Positions 19,722 to 29,573 of a DNA stretch of 64,000 bases are shown one piece after another. The translations under genes and the position numbers were made by a program. Every line of letters begins with the position of its first letter. The stretch's first letter is position 1. The notes under the pieces were generated by a model. That model did not search any database and was not told the origin of the DNA. It worked only from the letters and a program-made list of their open reading frames with translations. The stretch comes from Longimicrobiales bacterium (GTDB lineage Bacteria; Gemmatimonadota; Gemmatimonadetes; Longimicrobiales; RSA9): assembly GCA_050732695.1 (NCBI GenBank), contig JBOHRL010000053.1, positions 42,495 through 106,494 of the forward strand, written 5' to 3'.

Positions 19722-21413
19722 TCACGAGCGGGAAAGGAATGCCTGCGCTTCCGCCAGCTCGCGCTGCCTCGTACCGCCGGCTCCAATGTCGAGCACCTCA
19801 CCGTAGAACTGACGGGCGAGCGCTTCATCACCGACTGAGCGTGCTGCGCGAGCGGCGCCGATCAGGCTGTTGAAGCGACGCGGATAAAGCTCGAGCGAAC
19901 GCTGGTAGGCAGCGAGTGCCTCCGGCATCCGTTTCTGCTCCAGATGGAGATCCCCAAGGAGTTCGAATGAGGGCAGAGTCGGCGCTGGAGTCACTGCATG
20001 CTTGGGAGTTGACTCCTCCAGGTCGGCAGCTTCTTGCAGGAGTTCCACACTCGCGGTTTCATTGCCCGTTGCGTGCTCGAGCCACGCTCGTGCTCCGAGA
20101 CGCAGGATTCGGATGTTCCGTTCGAACAGAACTTCGCCCGTGCCCGCCGCGGCTGTCTCGAGTTCCTCGAGACGCTCGATCGCCCGGCCTGCCGCTTCGA
20201 CTTCTGCCTGGTGTGCAGCGCCAAGGCCACGGGCGAACCAGATGATCGCCTCCGGCCACAGGAACCGGTCCCAATCGAGATCAGCGGGCTCACGAGGAAC
20301 CAGTACGGCCGCCTCGCTCCACGCGTGGCGCTCGAGTGCGTACCGCGCCTGGACGGACGCCGTGTGAAACGCTGTCTTGAATGTAGGCTCCAGCCGAGCC
20401 GTTGTGCGCAACCGCTCCATCATCGTCACAGCGTCGTTGTCTGCACCCTGCTGAAGATAGGCATACACGAGGTATTCGAGCGCGTGTGGATACTCGTCCC
20501 ACACGAACTCGCCGTTGCTGCCCGCAGGCGTCTCGAGTGCCGCATCAGCGGCTTGCAGGTTGCCTCGTATGACTTCGCCCCAGTCGCCGAGACGTGTGTA
20601 GATGTGCGTCGGCATGTGCAGCGCGTGCGGATTGCGCGGTGCAACCGTTTCGTACTGGCGAATGATCTCGAGTCGTTCGTGCTCGCGCCCCGGTGCGTCA
20701 TTGGCATGAACCAGGTAGTGCATCATCCCTGGGTGGCCGGGACTCCGTTCGTATACCGCGAGTAGAAGTTCGGCTGCGCGCTGCGCATGCTCGAGCGAAA
20801 CCGTGTCGGATGGCGCGGTGGCCAGTTGCGCGAGGGCGAAGAAGACGGCAGCTTCGGCGTCATCGGGGAACGCATCGTGTACTTCGCCCGACGCCCGCTC
20901 CCACCTGCGAATACGCGCCCAGTAATCCGTCGCTTCCGGATCACGGAAAAACGCCTCGGCCGCCGACACGAAAAGACCTTCGCGTTCGGTTGGTGGTTGA
21001 AGCGCCCGGGCTCGCTGCACTTCCTCCCATCCTCGCCGGCGTTCCGGCAGTTGCGGTCGCGTCGGCCAGAGCGGCTGGAACAACGTCATGGCGATGCCCC
21101 AGTGCGCCATCGCGCATGCAGGATCTGTCGCTGACACCTGCTCGAATACTGTCCTTGCCTGCGGGTACGTCATATGGTGAAGCAATGCGATCCCGCGATT
21201 GAACAACCGCTGCGCTTCAGCGGAACACGAGATCGGAAAGTCAACCGTGCCCAGTTGCGGATCGGGCTGCTCGAGCGTCGCGTTGCCGCCGCTCGCATCG
21301 CATCCAACCGTTGACAGCGCAATCAGGAGTGACAGCCAGAGAACGTGTCGCCGGTAGGGGCGGCTTCCGTGGTCCCGAGCCGGGCTTTGACATCTGGATT
21401 GTCCGGATTGCAT
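19722..21413 (-). CDS. TPR-repeat lipoprotein
   Basis: ORF 19722..21872 trimmed to ATG 21413-21411. MQSGQ...RRHVLWLSLLIALSTVGC carries a lipobox. The body is made of helical TPR-like repeats (e.g. ALAAYQRSLELYPRRFNSLIGAARAARSVGDEALARQFY). Confidence 0.7.
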   Translation of the reverse strand: MQSGQSRCQSPARDHGSRPYRRHVLWLSLLIALSTVGCDASGGNATLEQPDPQLGTVDFPISCSAEAQRLFNRGIALLHHMTYPQARTVFEQVSATDPACAMAHWGIAMTLFQPLWPTRPQLPERRRGWEEVQRARALQPPTEREGLFVSAAEAFFRDPEATDYWARIRRWERASGEVHDAFPDDAEAAVFFALAQLATAPSDTVSLEHAQRAAELLLAVYERSPGHPGMMHYLVHANDAPGREHERLEIIRQYETVAPRNPHALHMPTHIYTRLGDWGEVIRGNLQAADAALETPAGSNGEFVWDEYPHALEYLVYAYLQQGADNDAVTMMERLRTTARLEPTFKTAFHTASVQARYALERHAWSEAAVLVPREPADLDWDRFLWPEAIIWFARGLGAAHQAEVEAAGRAIERLEELETAAAGTGEVLFERNIRILRLGARAWLEHATGNETASVELLQEAADLEESTPKHAVTPAPTLPSFELLGDLHLEQKRMPEALAAYQRSLELYPRRFNSLIGAARAARSVGDEALARQFYGEVLDIGAGGTRQRELAEAQAFLSRS

Positions 21414-21447
21414 GATGCCGCTCCGATCCTGTTCGACGAGCGCAGGT

Positions 21448-22836
21448 TTACTGCTTCTTTTCGCTGGCACTGAGGCGAGCAAGGCGCCGCGCAAGGCGTA
21501 CGCGAACGGAATCATACTGCGCATCGGCGTGCCGGCTATCGAGCTGGTACGGATCCGTCGCGAGATCGTACAACTCGCGCTCGCCGGACTCGTATTCGGC
21601 GTACAGATAGCGGCGCGTCCGGACCGCGCGAACGGCCGGATTGATCCTCTGTCTGGTCCAGAGATTCTCGATGAGGATCGCGTCGCGTGCGAGAGCACCG
21701 TATCTCTCGATATGCGGAAGCAGACTCTGGCCGTCCATCGGCGAGGTTGGCGTGATGCCGGCCCAGTCGAGGAGGGTCGGCGCGATGTCGGCCATCTGAA
21801 CGAACGCCGTGTCGAGGCGTGGCTCGACGCCCGGCACACGGACGACGAAAGGAACGCGAACATCGTGGTCATACGCGGTTCCCTTGCGCCACCACAACCG
21901 GTGCTCGCCGAGAGCTATGCCGTTATCGCTCGTGTACAGAATGAACGTGCGATCCAGCCGTTCTCTCTCCGCGAGTCCGTTGATCACCGCTTCCACCATG
22001 CGATCGACCGCCTGCAACGACCCGCACATGCCACGCCAGATCGAGTCCGTCTGAAGATGCATTGCTCCGGTTGCCGGTTGCACCCTGCGGACGAACTGTG
22101 GCTTGTCCGACGTGTCGGTTTCGTCGTACGAAGCGCTTCGCGGCGGCTCGAGCTGCCGGCATGCGTCAACATCGCGCGGCGCCGGAAGTGACGGGCGGTG
22201 CGGCGCACTCGTCGCGACGACCAGGAAAACCGGCCGATTCTCCGGCAACCGCTTCAGAAACGCGACGATCTTGCCCGTCATGACATCGGTCGCGTAGTCG
22301 GACGGCGCACCCCCGTGCACGGTCTGCGTCACGACGCTATCCGGCCAGGTCCGCTCGACAAGCGTGTAGTCGTAATAGACGGAACGAGCCGGCACGTGCC
22401 ATTCGTCCCACCCCGGCGGAACGTGCGGCCATGGCTCGACCCGAGAGTACTCGTTCAACCACTTGCCACCGAAGTACGCAGTCAGATAGCCGCCTCGCTG
22501 GAGCCAGACACCAATCGTCCCCCGAGTGCTGAGTTCCATCGCACCGCCATCCGGCGGCACGTTGTTCAGGACCCCGTGGTTGTGCTGGTAGAGGCCGGTC
22601 AGGAACGTAGCCCGGCTCGGACAGCAGTTCGGCGTGTTCGCGAAGGCATGTGAGAACACGACTCCACTGTCCGCAAGCAGCGCCTTCGTCCGCGGCATGT
22701 ACTCGAGGAAGAGGTCGGCTCGCTGGTCATCGGTCAGAAATACGACAATGTCAGGCGGTGGCGGTCCATCCGGCTGGCACGCCAGGCCCAGCAGAACGAG
22801 CGCGGAAAAGGCGCCGCATCGCCGGCCAGAGATCAT
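21448..22836 (-). CDS. Sulfatase (formylglycine-dependent), lipoprotein
   Basis: ORF 21448..23496 trimmed to MISGRRCGAFSALVLLGLAC (ATG 22836-22834). IVVFLTDDQRAD and the CxPSR motif in TPNCCPSRATFLTGLYQHNHG are present. Confidence 0.9.
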   Translation of the reverse strand: MISGRRCGAFSALVLLGLACQPDGPPPPDIVVFLTDDQRADLFLEYMPRTKALLADSGVVFSHAFANTPNCCPSRATFLTGLYQHNHGVLNNVPPDGGAMELSTRGTIGVWLQRGGYLTAYFGGKWLNEYSRVEPWPHVPPGWDEWHVPARSVYYDYTLVERTWPDSVVTQTVHGGAPSDYATDVMTGKIVAFLKRLPENRPVFLVVATSAPHRPSLPAPRDVDACRQLEPPRSASYDETDTSDKPQFVRRVQPATGAMHLQTDSIWRGMCGSLQAVDRMVEAVINGLAERERLDRTFILYTSDNGIALGEHRLWWRKGTAYDHDVRVPFVVRVPGVEPRLDTAFVQMADIAPTLLDWAGITPTSPMDGQSLLPHIERYGALARDAILIENLWTRQRINPAVRAVRTRRYLYAEYESGERELYDLATDPYQLDSRHADAQYDSVRVRLARRLARLSASEKKQ

Positions 22837-23089
22837 GTCCACTCCGCTCCCGCGACGCTGGTCGCGAGTTCGCTTGCGCAACGATCGTGATTCCGTCGAA
22901 CGCTGCGGGAGGTATACAGAAACGGATGTACCGGCGTCAAGCGCGGGCGCGGTTCCGTTCCGTGTAACCAACACGCGCCTGGCGGGACCGGAACGAAGGC
23001 CGGTGCAAGCGCGCGTGCGGAACGTTGCCCGTGGTTGGCGGTTCGAATACCTTGCGCGTGGCTCGACGCTCCGATATCCGCACATCCTC

Positions 23090-25330
23090 ATGGCAGGCTC
23101 GATGCAAGACATGGCAAGGTCTGCGATGCGACTGCGCCGGCGGCAGTGGGCGATCTTCGTTACATGGCTGCCGGTTCTTGCGGCGTGCAGACCGGTCGCT
23201 CCGGCGGCAGCGCCATCCGTAGCTGAATCAGGCGTGGTCCGGCTCACGCCGGATCCGGATGTGGCGGATCTCGAGAGGCGTATCCGCGCCAGGATCGCGC
23301 TGGACGACAGTGCCGAAGTATCCGTGGCGATGGTCGATCTCGGAACGGGGCTGCGCCTCGAGATCGATGCGGACATCGTCATGCACGCAGCGAGCACGAT
23401 GAAGGTGCCGGTGATGCTGGAAGTATTCCGGCAGGCGGAAGCCGGCCGGCTCTCGCTCGACGAACCTCTCGCCGTTACCAACGAGTTCATGAGCATGGTC
23501 GGTGATACTGCGTACGTTTTGACCGCAGCATCCGACAGCGACTCGACTCTTTACGCGCGGATTGGCTCGACCGTACCCATTCGGGAACTCGTCCGGCTCA
23601 TGATCGTGCGCTCATCCAACCTCGCGCTCAATCTGCTGATCGGCCGTGTCGGAGCGGCGAGCGTGCGTACGACGATGGCCGAAATCGGCGCCGCAGAAAC
23701 GGTCGTACGCCGGGGCGTGCAGGACATACCGGCGTTCAACGCCGGTCTCAACAACACGACGACCGCACACGGCCTTGCCGTCGCGCTCGAGGCCATTGCC
23801 AGCTGTTCGATCACGCGCCGCACCGCCTGCAACGACATGACCGATGTCCTCGCCGCCCAGGAATTCAATGATATGATCCCGGCCGGCCTGCCCGCGCGCA
23901 CGCGTGTAGCACACAAGACTGGCTGGATCACCCGCATCCGGCATGATGGCGGCATCATCTTCCCGGGCACGCGGGCACCCTGGGTGCTCGTGGTCCTGAC
24001 TCGCGGCTTCGAAGATGCCGCCCGGGCGGATGCGCTCGGCGCAGACATCTCGCGCATGGTCTGGGAACAGCTCACGGACCCGGCCTTTGCCTCGATCGCG
24101 CGTCTCACTGATGACCACGCGCGTGACCTGGTCGAACTGCATGCGCGATTTCGAGTCGGTTCGCTGTCACAGCGACATTTCGGCCACGCCCAGCTCTGGA
24201 CGGCCATCGAGCCGTTCCTCGGGCGGCGCATCGAGCGTGAACCGATTGGAGAATCCGGAGAAGGACGGCAACTCAATCTGTTGCGCTACGGAAACGGACC
24301 CACTCGCGTACTGCTCTGGTCGCAGATGCACGGCGACGAGTCCACCGCAACCATGGCCATCGCCGATCTCATCCACTTCCTGGATGCAGCACCCGAGGAT
24401 CCGCGAGCACGCTCGTGGGCGGAACGTCTGACGCTCCTCATGGTGCCAATGGTCAATCCGGATGGCGCCGAGCGATTTCAGCGGCAGGACGCGTACGGCG
24501 TCGATGTGAACCGGGATGCGCGCGTCCTCGCCACACCCGAAGGCAAGGCGCTGAAATCCGTTCGCGATCAGTGGCAACCGCAGTTCGGCTTCAATCTGCA
24601 CGATCAGAACCCGCGCACCCGCGTCGGCTCGAGCGAGCGCCTCGCCGCCATCTCCCTCCTTGCACCCGCCGTCGACGAGAACGCCACGGCGACACCCGGC
24701 TTCATCGCTGCGAAGCACGTCGCTGCCACGATCCGCCGCGCCATTCAGCCACTGGTCGGCGGCTACATCACGCAGTATGACGACACGTTCAATCCGCGCG
24801 CGTTCGGTGATCTCATGCAGCAGTGGGGGACGACCACGGTTCTGATCGAGTCCGGTGGCTGGCACATGGACCCCGAGAAGCAGTACCTGCGCGCCGTCAA
24901 CTTCGTCGCACTGGTGAGTGCGCTGGACGCCATTGCCTCGGGCACATTCCGCGCCTCACCGGTCTCGCTCTATGAGGCATTGCCCGGCAACGGGCGCTCC
25001 GTCAACGATCTGCTCATCCGCGGCGGGACGCTTGTGCTGCGGGGACTTCCTCTCGCCCCGGTCGACATCGCTGCCAACTTCGACGGCGGCAGCGGCGGTC
25101 CGTGGCACGCGCGTATCACCGAAATCGGCGATCTCGCCGAGATCGTTGCTCGTGACACCATCGACGCCGGCGGTTTGTTTCTTCACCCGATCCTTCCGGA
25201 CTCGCTGGGCGCACCCGCGCTCGTGCCCGGGATGGAAGCTTCCTTTGTCGTGCGCCGAACCGCCTCGCCGGAAAGCGAAGGAATCTTCCGGATCGAACGT
25301 GGTAGAAAGCGGCCGATCGATCGTCGATGA
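23090..25330 (+). CDS. Fusion protein: class-A beta-lactamase-like serine hydrolase + M14 zinc carboxypeptidase, lipoprotein
   Basis: ORF 22634..25330 trimmed to ATG 23090 (23126 is also possible). The lipobox is WLPVLAAC. The N-terminal half has STMK (SxxK), SSN (SxN) and HKTGW (KTG). The C-terminal half has QMHGDE (HxxE), MVNPDG, DVNRD, FNLHDQ and LIESGGW. Confidence 0.8.
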   Translation: MAGSMQDMARSAMRLRRRQWAIFVTWLPVLAACRPVAPAAAPSVAESGVVRLTPDPDVADLERRIRARIALDDSAEVSVAMVDLGTGLRLEIDADIVMHAASTMKVPVMLEVFRQAEAGRLSLDEPLAVTNEFMSMVGDTAYVLTAASDSDSTLYARIGSTVPIRELVRLMIVRSSNLALNLLIGRVGAASVRTTMAEIGAAETVVRRGVQDIPAFNAGLNNTTTAHGLAVALEAIASCSITRRTACNDMTDVLAAQEFNDMIPAGLPARTRVAHKTGWITRIRHDGGIIFPGTRAPWVLVVLTRGFEDAARADALGADISRMVWEQLTDPAFASIARLTDDHARDLVELHARFRVGSLSQRHFGHAQLWTAIEPFLGRRIEREPIGESGEGRQLNLLRYGNGPTRVLLWSQMHGDESTATMAIADLIHFLDAAPEDPRARSWAERLTLLMVPMVNPDGAERFQRQDAYGVDVNRDARVLATPEGKALKSVRDQWQPQFGFNLHDQNPRTRVGSSERLAAISLLAPAVDENATATPGFIAAKHVAATIRRAIQPLVGGYITQYDDTFNPRAFGDLMQQWGTTTVLIESGGWHMDPEKQYLRAVNFVALVSALDAIASGTFRASPVSLYEALPGNGRSVNDLLIRGGTLVLRGLPLAPVDIAANFDGGSGGPWHARITEIGDLAEIVARDTIDAGGLFLHPILPDSLGAPALVPGMEASFVVRRTASPESEGIFRIERGRKRPIDRR

Positions 25331-25363
25331 GTGCGCCGTCGTTGCCCGGATCGTCAGGAGGAT

Positions 25364-26146
25364 TCAGAAGAGGCCTTCCACGAAGCCGACTCGCCAGGCG
25401 ACAAACAGACCGAACCCCAGACTGAGGGCGCCGGACGCAAGTCGCAGCCGGCGGTTCCATTGCGAGAAGCGACCGGCCGTCGTAGCGAACGGGACGGCGA
25501 TCGCCATCGTGATCAGCATCATCCCGATGATGGTGCCAGACCCGAACAGGCCCAGATAGAGGACGGACCAGCGGGGCTCGCGAATCGTCGTCAGTACGAG
25601 GAGTGCGACGGCGGCGGAGCCGGCCAGGCCGTGGACCATTCCGATGACGATGGGCCGGATCGCCGAGTACAGGCCGAAGCGACCGAAGCGGCGATCGAGG
25701 CGCGCGACCGGCGTTCGATCCGGCGCATGCGGATGGGCCTCCGGCTCGTGGCCGTGGGCGTGCGTGTGGATGTACTCACCGTGCGCGTGTGCGTGCGAGT
25801 GAACGTGCCCGCCCGCTGCGCGCGCTGAGGCAATCGTTTCGTCGACGTTCTCGAGAACACTTCTGAGGGTGATGGCGCCGAGCAGAACGAGCATGGCCCC
25901 AACGGCAAGTTCCATGGACAGGCCAACACGAGGTGGAATCACCCAGCCAAACAGGACAATCCCGCTGCCGACGGTCAGGATCGTAAGCGTGTGACCGACG
26001 CCCCAGAACACGCCGACCATGGCGGCATCACGCACTGCGCGGTGCCGCGCGACGATCGTCGTTACGGCGAGCACGTGGTCCGCGTCCGTCGCGTGTCGCA
26101 TGCCAAGGAAAAAGCCGAATGCAAGAATGGCCAGCCAGCCTGTCAT
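25364..26146 (-). CDS. NiCoT/NicO-type nickel-cobalt transporter with His-rich loop
   Basis: ORF 25364..26347 trimmed to MTGWLAILAFGFFLGMRHATDADHVLAV, which carries the HxxxxDH signature. The His-rich loop reads GGHVHSHAHAHGEYIHTHAHGHEPEAHPHAPD. A second half repeat contains GMVHGLAGSAA. Confidence 0.85.
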   Translation of the reverse strand: MTGWLAILAFGFFLGMRHATDADHVLAVTTIVARHRAVRDAAMVGVFWGVGHTLTILTVGSGIVLFGWVIPPRVGLSMELAVGAMLVLLGAITLRSVLENVDETIASARAAGGHVHSHAHAHGEYIHTHAHGHEPEAHPHAPDRTPVARLDRRFGRFGLYSAIRPIVIGMVHGLAGSAAVALLVLTTIREPRWSVLYLGLFGSGTIIGMMLITMAIAVPFATTAGRFSQWNRRLRLASGALSLGFGLFVAWRVGFVEGLF

Positions 26147-26454
26147 GGATTCGAGACTCCTTGTTCTTCGCGTTGCTCGGTTCGGACGATGGTCGATCAA
26201 ACGAGTCCGTGAGGTCGAAAGAGACAATCCGAATCGCCGAGGCGCCAGTTTTGGGGACCTGTCACGCCGATGCCACGTCCGGGCGGCTGAGCGGACCCAC
26301 GCGGGCAAGCTGCCCTGACCGGGGCTGGCAGTCTGGCGTTCGAGCATGCAACTTCGGTCGAAGGTTTGAACAGCCGGGCCGATCTCGAGCGGGTTCTGAG
26401 CGATGACGGTGCCGGCGGCCGGGCGATCGGCGACGGATCCTCTCTGAACGGCAG

Positions 26455-29400
26455 TTGATCACCTTGCGATACGACGCCTTCATCTCCTACAGCCACGCAG
26501 CGGACCAGCGACTTGCACCGGAAGTCCAGTCCGCGCTGCACCATCTGGCCCGGCCATGGTACCGGCGACGGGCGCTGCACGTTTTTCGTGACAGCACGAG
26601 CCTTGCTGTTACGCCTGCGTTATGGCCGGCGATCGAGAAGGCCCTGCGCAATGCGCGCTTCTTCGTCTATCTCGCGTCTCCGGATGCGGCGCGCTCGGAG
26701 TGGGTGGCTCGCGAGATCGATTGGTGGCTTACGGATCGTGATGCCGGAACGCTGTTGATCGTGCTGACGGGCGGTGATCTCGAATGGGACGACGCCCGGT
26801 CCGACTTCGATGTGGAACGTTCCAGTGCGATCCCCGGCGTGCTGCATGGTGCGTTTCGAGATGAACCGCGCTACCTGGATCTGCGCTGGGCCAATCACCG
26901 CGACAATGTCTCGCTGCGTGTGCCGGCGTTCCGCGATGCGATGGCCACGCTCGCCGCCACGCTGCATGGCCGCGCCAAGGAAGACCTGGTCGGTGAGGAT
27001 GTGAGGCAACACCGCAGGACGATGCGCGTCGCTCGCACTGCGGCTGCACTCCTGCTCACCCTGACACTGGCGGCGGCGACTGCAACCGTCATCGCGACCG
27101 CGCAGCGCAACCTGGCCCTCGAACGACAGCGTCTCGCACTGAGCCGACAGCTCGCTGCCGAAGGAACCCTGACCGTCATCCGCTCACCCAATCGTCTACC
27201 GCTCGGACTTGCTCTCGCGGTCGAAGCTTTCCGACTTCATCCGGCTGCGGAAACGGAGCGCGCACTGCGTTCGCTCCTCTCACTCCGCCCGCAGCCGGTG
27301 CTCGAAATCGCTTCGTATGGCGATGTCCATCACGTCGCGCTGAGTCCGGACGGGCGCCGGTTCGTGACGGGCAGCGCGTTTCCCGGCGAGATTGCGATGT
27401 GGGCCGTTGCGGCACCCGACTCTCCGCCGGCACAGCGAACGGACGCCCCGGCGCCGCTGTGGAGGATCGTGACCGACGCTCCGGTGCGCGGACTCGCCTT
27501 GAGTCCTGGCGGAGACCGCGTCATCGCCGGTACTGGCATGATTGCCACCGTACGGAGCACAGAAACGGGAGATGAACTTCTGCGCCTCGAGACCGGAGAC
27601 AGCATATTGACGGTAGATTACCACCCTGCGGGATCACGAATCGCAACCGCAGGCAACGGCGGAGTCGTCCGCCTCTGGTCCAACGCGGACGGCCGCGAGC
27701 TTGGCGGCTACGGTCACGGCCGCGATTACGAAGCCGTCCAGCCAGCGCTGTCTCGCGTCGCGCAGGACATCGGCGAATCTTTCCGTGCAGTGCGTGTCGT
27801 TGCGTTCTCGCCGGATGGGCAGTGGCTCGCGTCGATCGATGAAGATGGCGTGTTCTGCATCGCCCGCGGGTTGGACGCCGGTGACCCTCTGTGCCGCTTC
27901 ACGGGCGGCATCGGACTCCACCTCGCGTGGGCCCCGGATGGCCGGCGAGTCGTGACCGTCGCGGAAAACGTCGCCAGCATCTGGGCGCTCGCGGGAGATG
28001 GGCCGATTACGCGCGTCGAACACGTCGATGCGGCAGGCGATCTGCCAACTGCGATATTCGGCTGGCTCTGGGAAGCCGCTTTCAGCCCAGACGGCCGGTG
28101 GATCGCGACGGCCGGCCGCGATTTCTCTGCGCGCGTCTGGGATGCAGCGACGGGGCGCGAGATTGCACGAATGCGGCACGCCAGTGCAGTCAATGCCGTT
28201 CGCTTCAGTCCCGACGGCGCGAGCCTCGCCACGGCTTCCGAAGATGGGACAGTGCGCGTGTGGGATCCCCTGCGCGGCATCGAGCGGTTGCGCGGAACAC
28301 ACGAAGGCGGCGCGTTGACACTCGCGTTCGACCGGACGGGGCGCCGCCTCGCGTCAGGATCCCGTGATGGCACGGCGACCATCTGGGGCCTCACAGGCGG
28401 CGATCAGGTTCTGACTCTCTTCCACCAGCGACCGGTCGAGAGCGTCGCTGTGAGCGAAGATGGCTCGCGTATCGCGACACTCGACAACGAAGGATGGATC
28501 GGCGTCTGGAGTGCAACGGGCGGCGCGCGTCTCACCGCGATACGCCCGCCGGGCCTGCGCGCCGATCGCGTCGCCTTCGCTGCGACCAACAACGAACACC
28601 TCATCTCATGGCGCTCCGATGATCCCTACCTCCTTCGACCCGCTGCTGGCGGCGCTCTCGAGGCCAGCCGTCTGCTCGATCGCGCTGCATCGCCGGCCGT
28701 CATCGTCGGAACGCGTCGCGTCATCGCGGAGACCGACTCCGGGATCGTCGTGTTCTCGACGTTGAGCGGCGATACGTTGACGCGCGTGCACGCACCCGCA
28801 TTCACAGGGACCGCATCATTGAGCGATGATGAGCAGTATCTCGCACTCGAAAGTGATGCGGGCGTGCTTCGTGTGCTCGAACTGCCGGCAGGACGCGATG
28901 TCACTCACTTGACGCTCGGGTCAGGCGCGGAGTCGGCGAGCGCGAACATTGGTGGCGACGAAACGGTCCCTTCACGAGCGAACGGCTCCAATGCGGCTCC
29001 CCGGGTCGATGCGCTCGACGTGGCAAGCGGCGGGCAGTTCATCGCCGCTGTCATCGACAACACGTTGCGCATGTGGCGGCGCGCAGAGCCCGGTGTCGTT
29101 GCCATCGGTATCGAACAGCCCGACACATCGGATCTGATCGCATTCACAAGATCCGGCCGGTTCCTGATCTCCATTCGCTGGCAGGGTGAAGAGATCGTCG
29201 TCAGGGAAAGCGACACCGGCCGCATCGTGAGCAGACTCGCACACCCGGCAACCGTAGATGTCGTGCGATCCTCGCAAGGCGGCGATTTCGTCGCCACGAT
29301 CAGTGACGGCCGCGTGCGCGTCTGGGAACTCGAGACCGGCTACCTCGCCCTCGAGCTGGGAAGCGAAACGGGCTATTATTCCGATGTCCGGTTCGCGCAG

Positions 29401-29571
29401 GACGATCGCTACCTGGTCACTGCTGCGAGCAACGGCGAAGCCGTGCTGCGCCTGTGGCGGGGTGAAGACCTGCTGTCGGCCGCATGCTCACGTCTGCTCG
29501 CACCACTCTCGCGCGAGCAGTGGGCGGTCAACCTCGGCAATCTTCCGTATGACCCGGCGTGCGCTCGATGA
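26455..29571 (+). CDS. TIR domain - hydrophobic (TM-like) helix - WD40 double-propeller protein
   Basis: The TTG start is the only start codon available; an in-frame stop lies at 26404-26406. YDAFISYSHAAD...FFVYLASPDAARSEWVAREIDWW is a TIR fold with a SARM1-like WVxxEI glutamate (E87, nt 26713-26715). The hydrophobic segment is RVARTAAALLLTLTLAAATATVIATA. At least 12 WD40-type blades follow (SPDGxxhAT/S..DGTVRVWD). Confidence 0.85.
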   Translation: MITLRYDAFISYSHAADQRLAPEVQSALHHLARPWYRRRALHVFRDSTSLAVTPALWPAIEKALRNARFFVYLASPDAARSEWVAREIDWWLTDRDAGTLLIVLTGGDLEWDDARSDFDVERSSAIPGVLHGAFRDEPRYLDLRWANHRDNVSLRVPAFRDAMATLAATLHGRAKEDLVGEDVRQHRRTMRVARTAAALLLTLTLAAATATVIATAQRNLALERQRLALSRQLAAEGTLTVIRSPNRLPLGLALAVEAFRLHPAAETERALRSLLSLRPQPVLEIASYGDVHHVALSPDGRRFVTGSAFPGEIAMWAVAAPDSPPAQRTDAPAPLWRIVTDAPVRGLALSPGGDRVIAGTGMIATVRSTETGDELLRLETGDSILTVDYHPAGSRIATAGNGGVVRLWSNADGRELGGYGHGRDYEAVQPALSRVAQDIGESFRAVRVVAFSPDGQWLASIDEDGVFCIARGLDAGDPLCRFTGGIGLHLAWAPDGRRVVTVAENVASIWALAGDGPITRVEHVDAAGDLPTAIFGWLWEAAFSPDGRWIATAGRDFSARVWDAATGREIARMRHASAVNAVRFSPDGASLATASEDGTVRVWDPLRGIERLRGTHEGGALTLAFDRTGRRLASGSRDGTATIWGLTGGDQVLTLFHQRPVESVAVSEDGSRIATLDNEGWIGVWSATGGARLTAIRPPGLRADRVAFAATNNEHLISWRSDDPYLLRPAAGGALEASRLLDRAASPAVIVGTRRVIAETDSGIVVFSTLSGDTLTRVHAPAFTGTASLSDDEQYLALESDAGVLRVLELPAGRDVTHLTLGSGAESASANIGGDETVPSRANGSNAAPRVDALDVASGGQFIAAVIDNTLRMWRRAEPGVVAIGIEQPDTSDLIAFTRSGRFLISIRWQGEEIVVRESDTGRIVSRLAHPATVDVVRSSQGGDFVATISDGRVRVWELETGYLALELGSETGYYSDVRFAQDDRYLVTAASNGEAVLRLWRGEDLLSAACSRLLAPLSREQWAVNLGNLPYDPACAR

Positions 29572-29573
29572 GT

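Noticed and set aside
23036-23052. A tRNA-like T-loop string, ggcGGTTCGAATAcc, in the sulfatase/beta-lactamase-like spacer.
   Set aside because: The flanks cannot form a T-stem, an acceptor stem or an anticodon arm. I found no tRNA cloverleaf anywhere in the window.
21448-23496. Very long N-terminal extensions of real genes in the ORF track. Examples are 21448..23496, 19722..21872, 22634..25330, 10520..11851, 3104..4618 and 29574..31025.
   Set aside because: The extensions overlap neighbouring genes, have junk-like composition, and precede obvious signal peptides, lipoboxes or conserved N-termini. I trimmed the starts to internal ATG/GTG codons instead.
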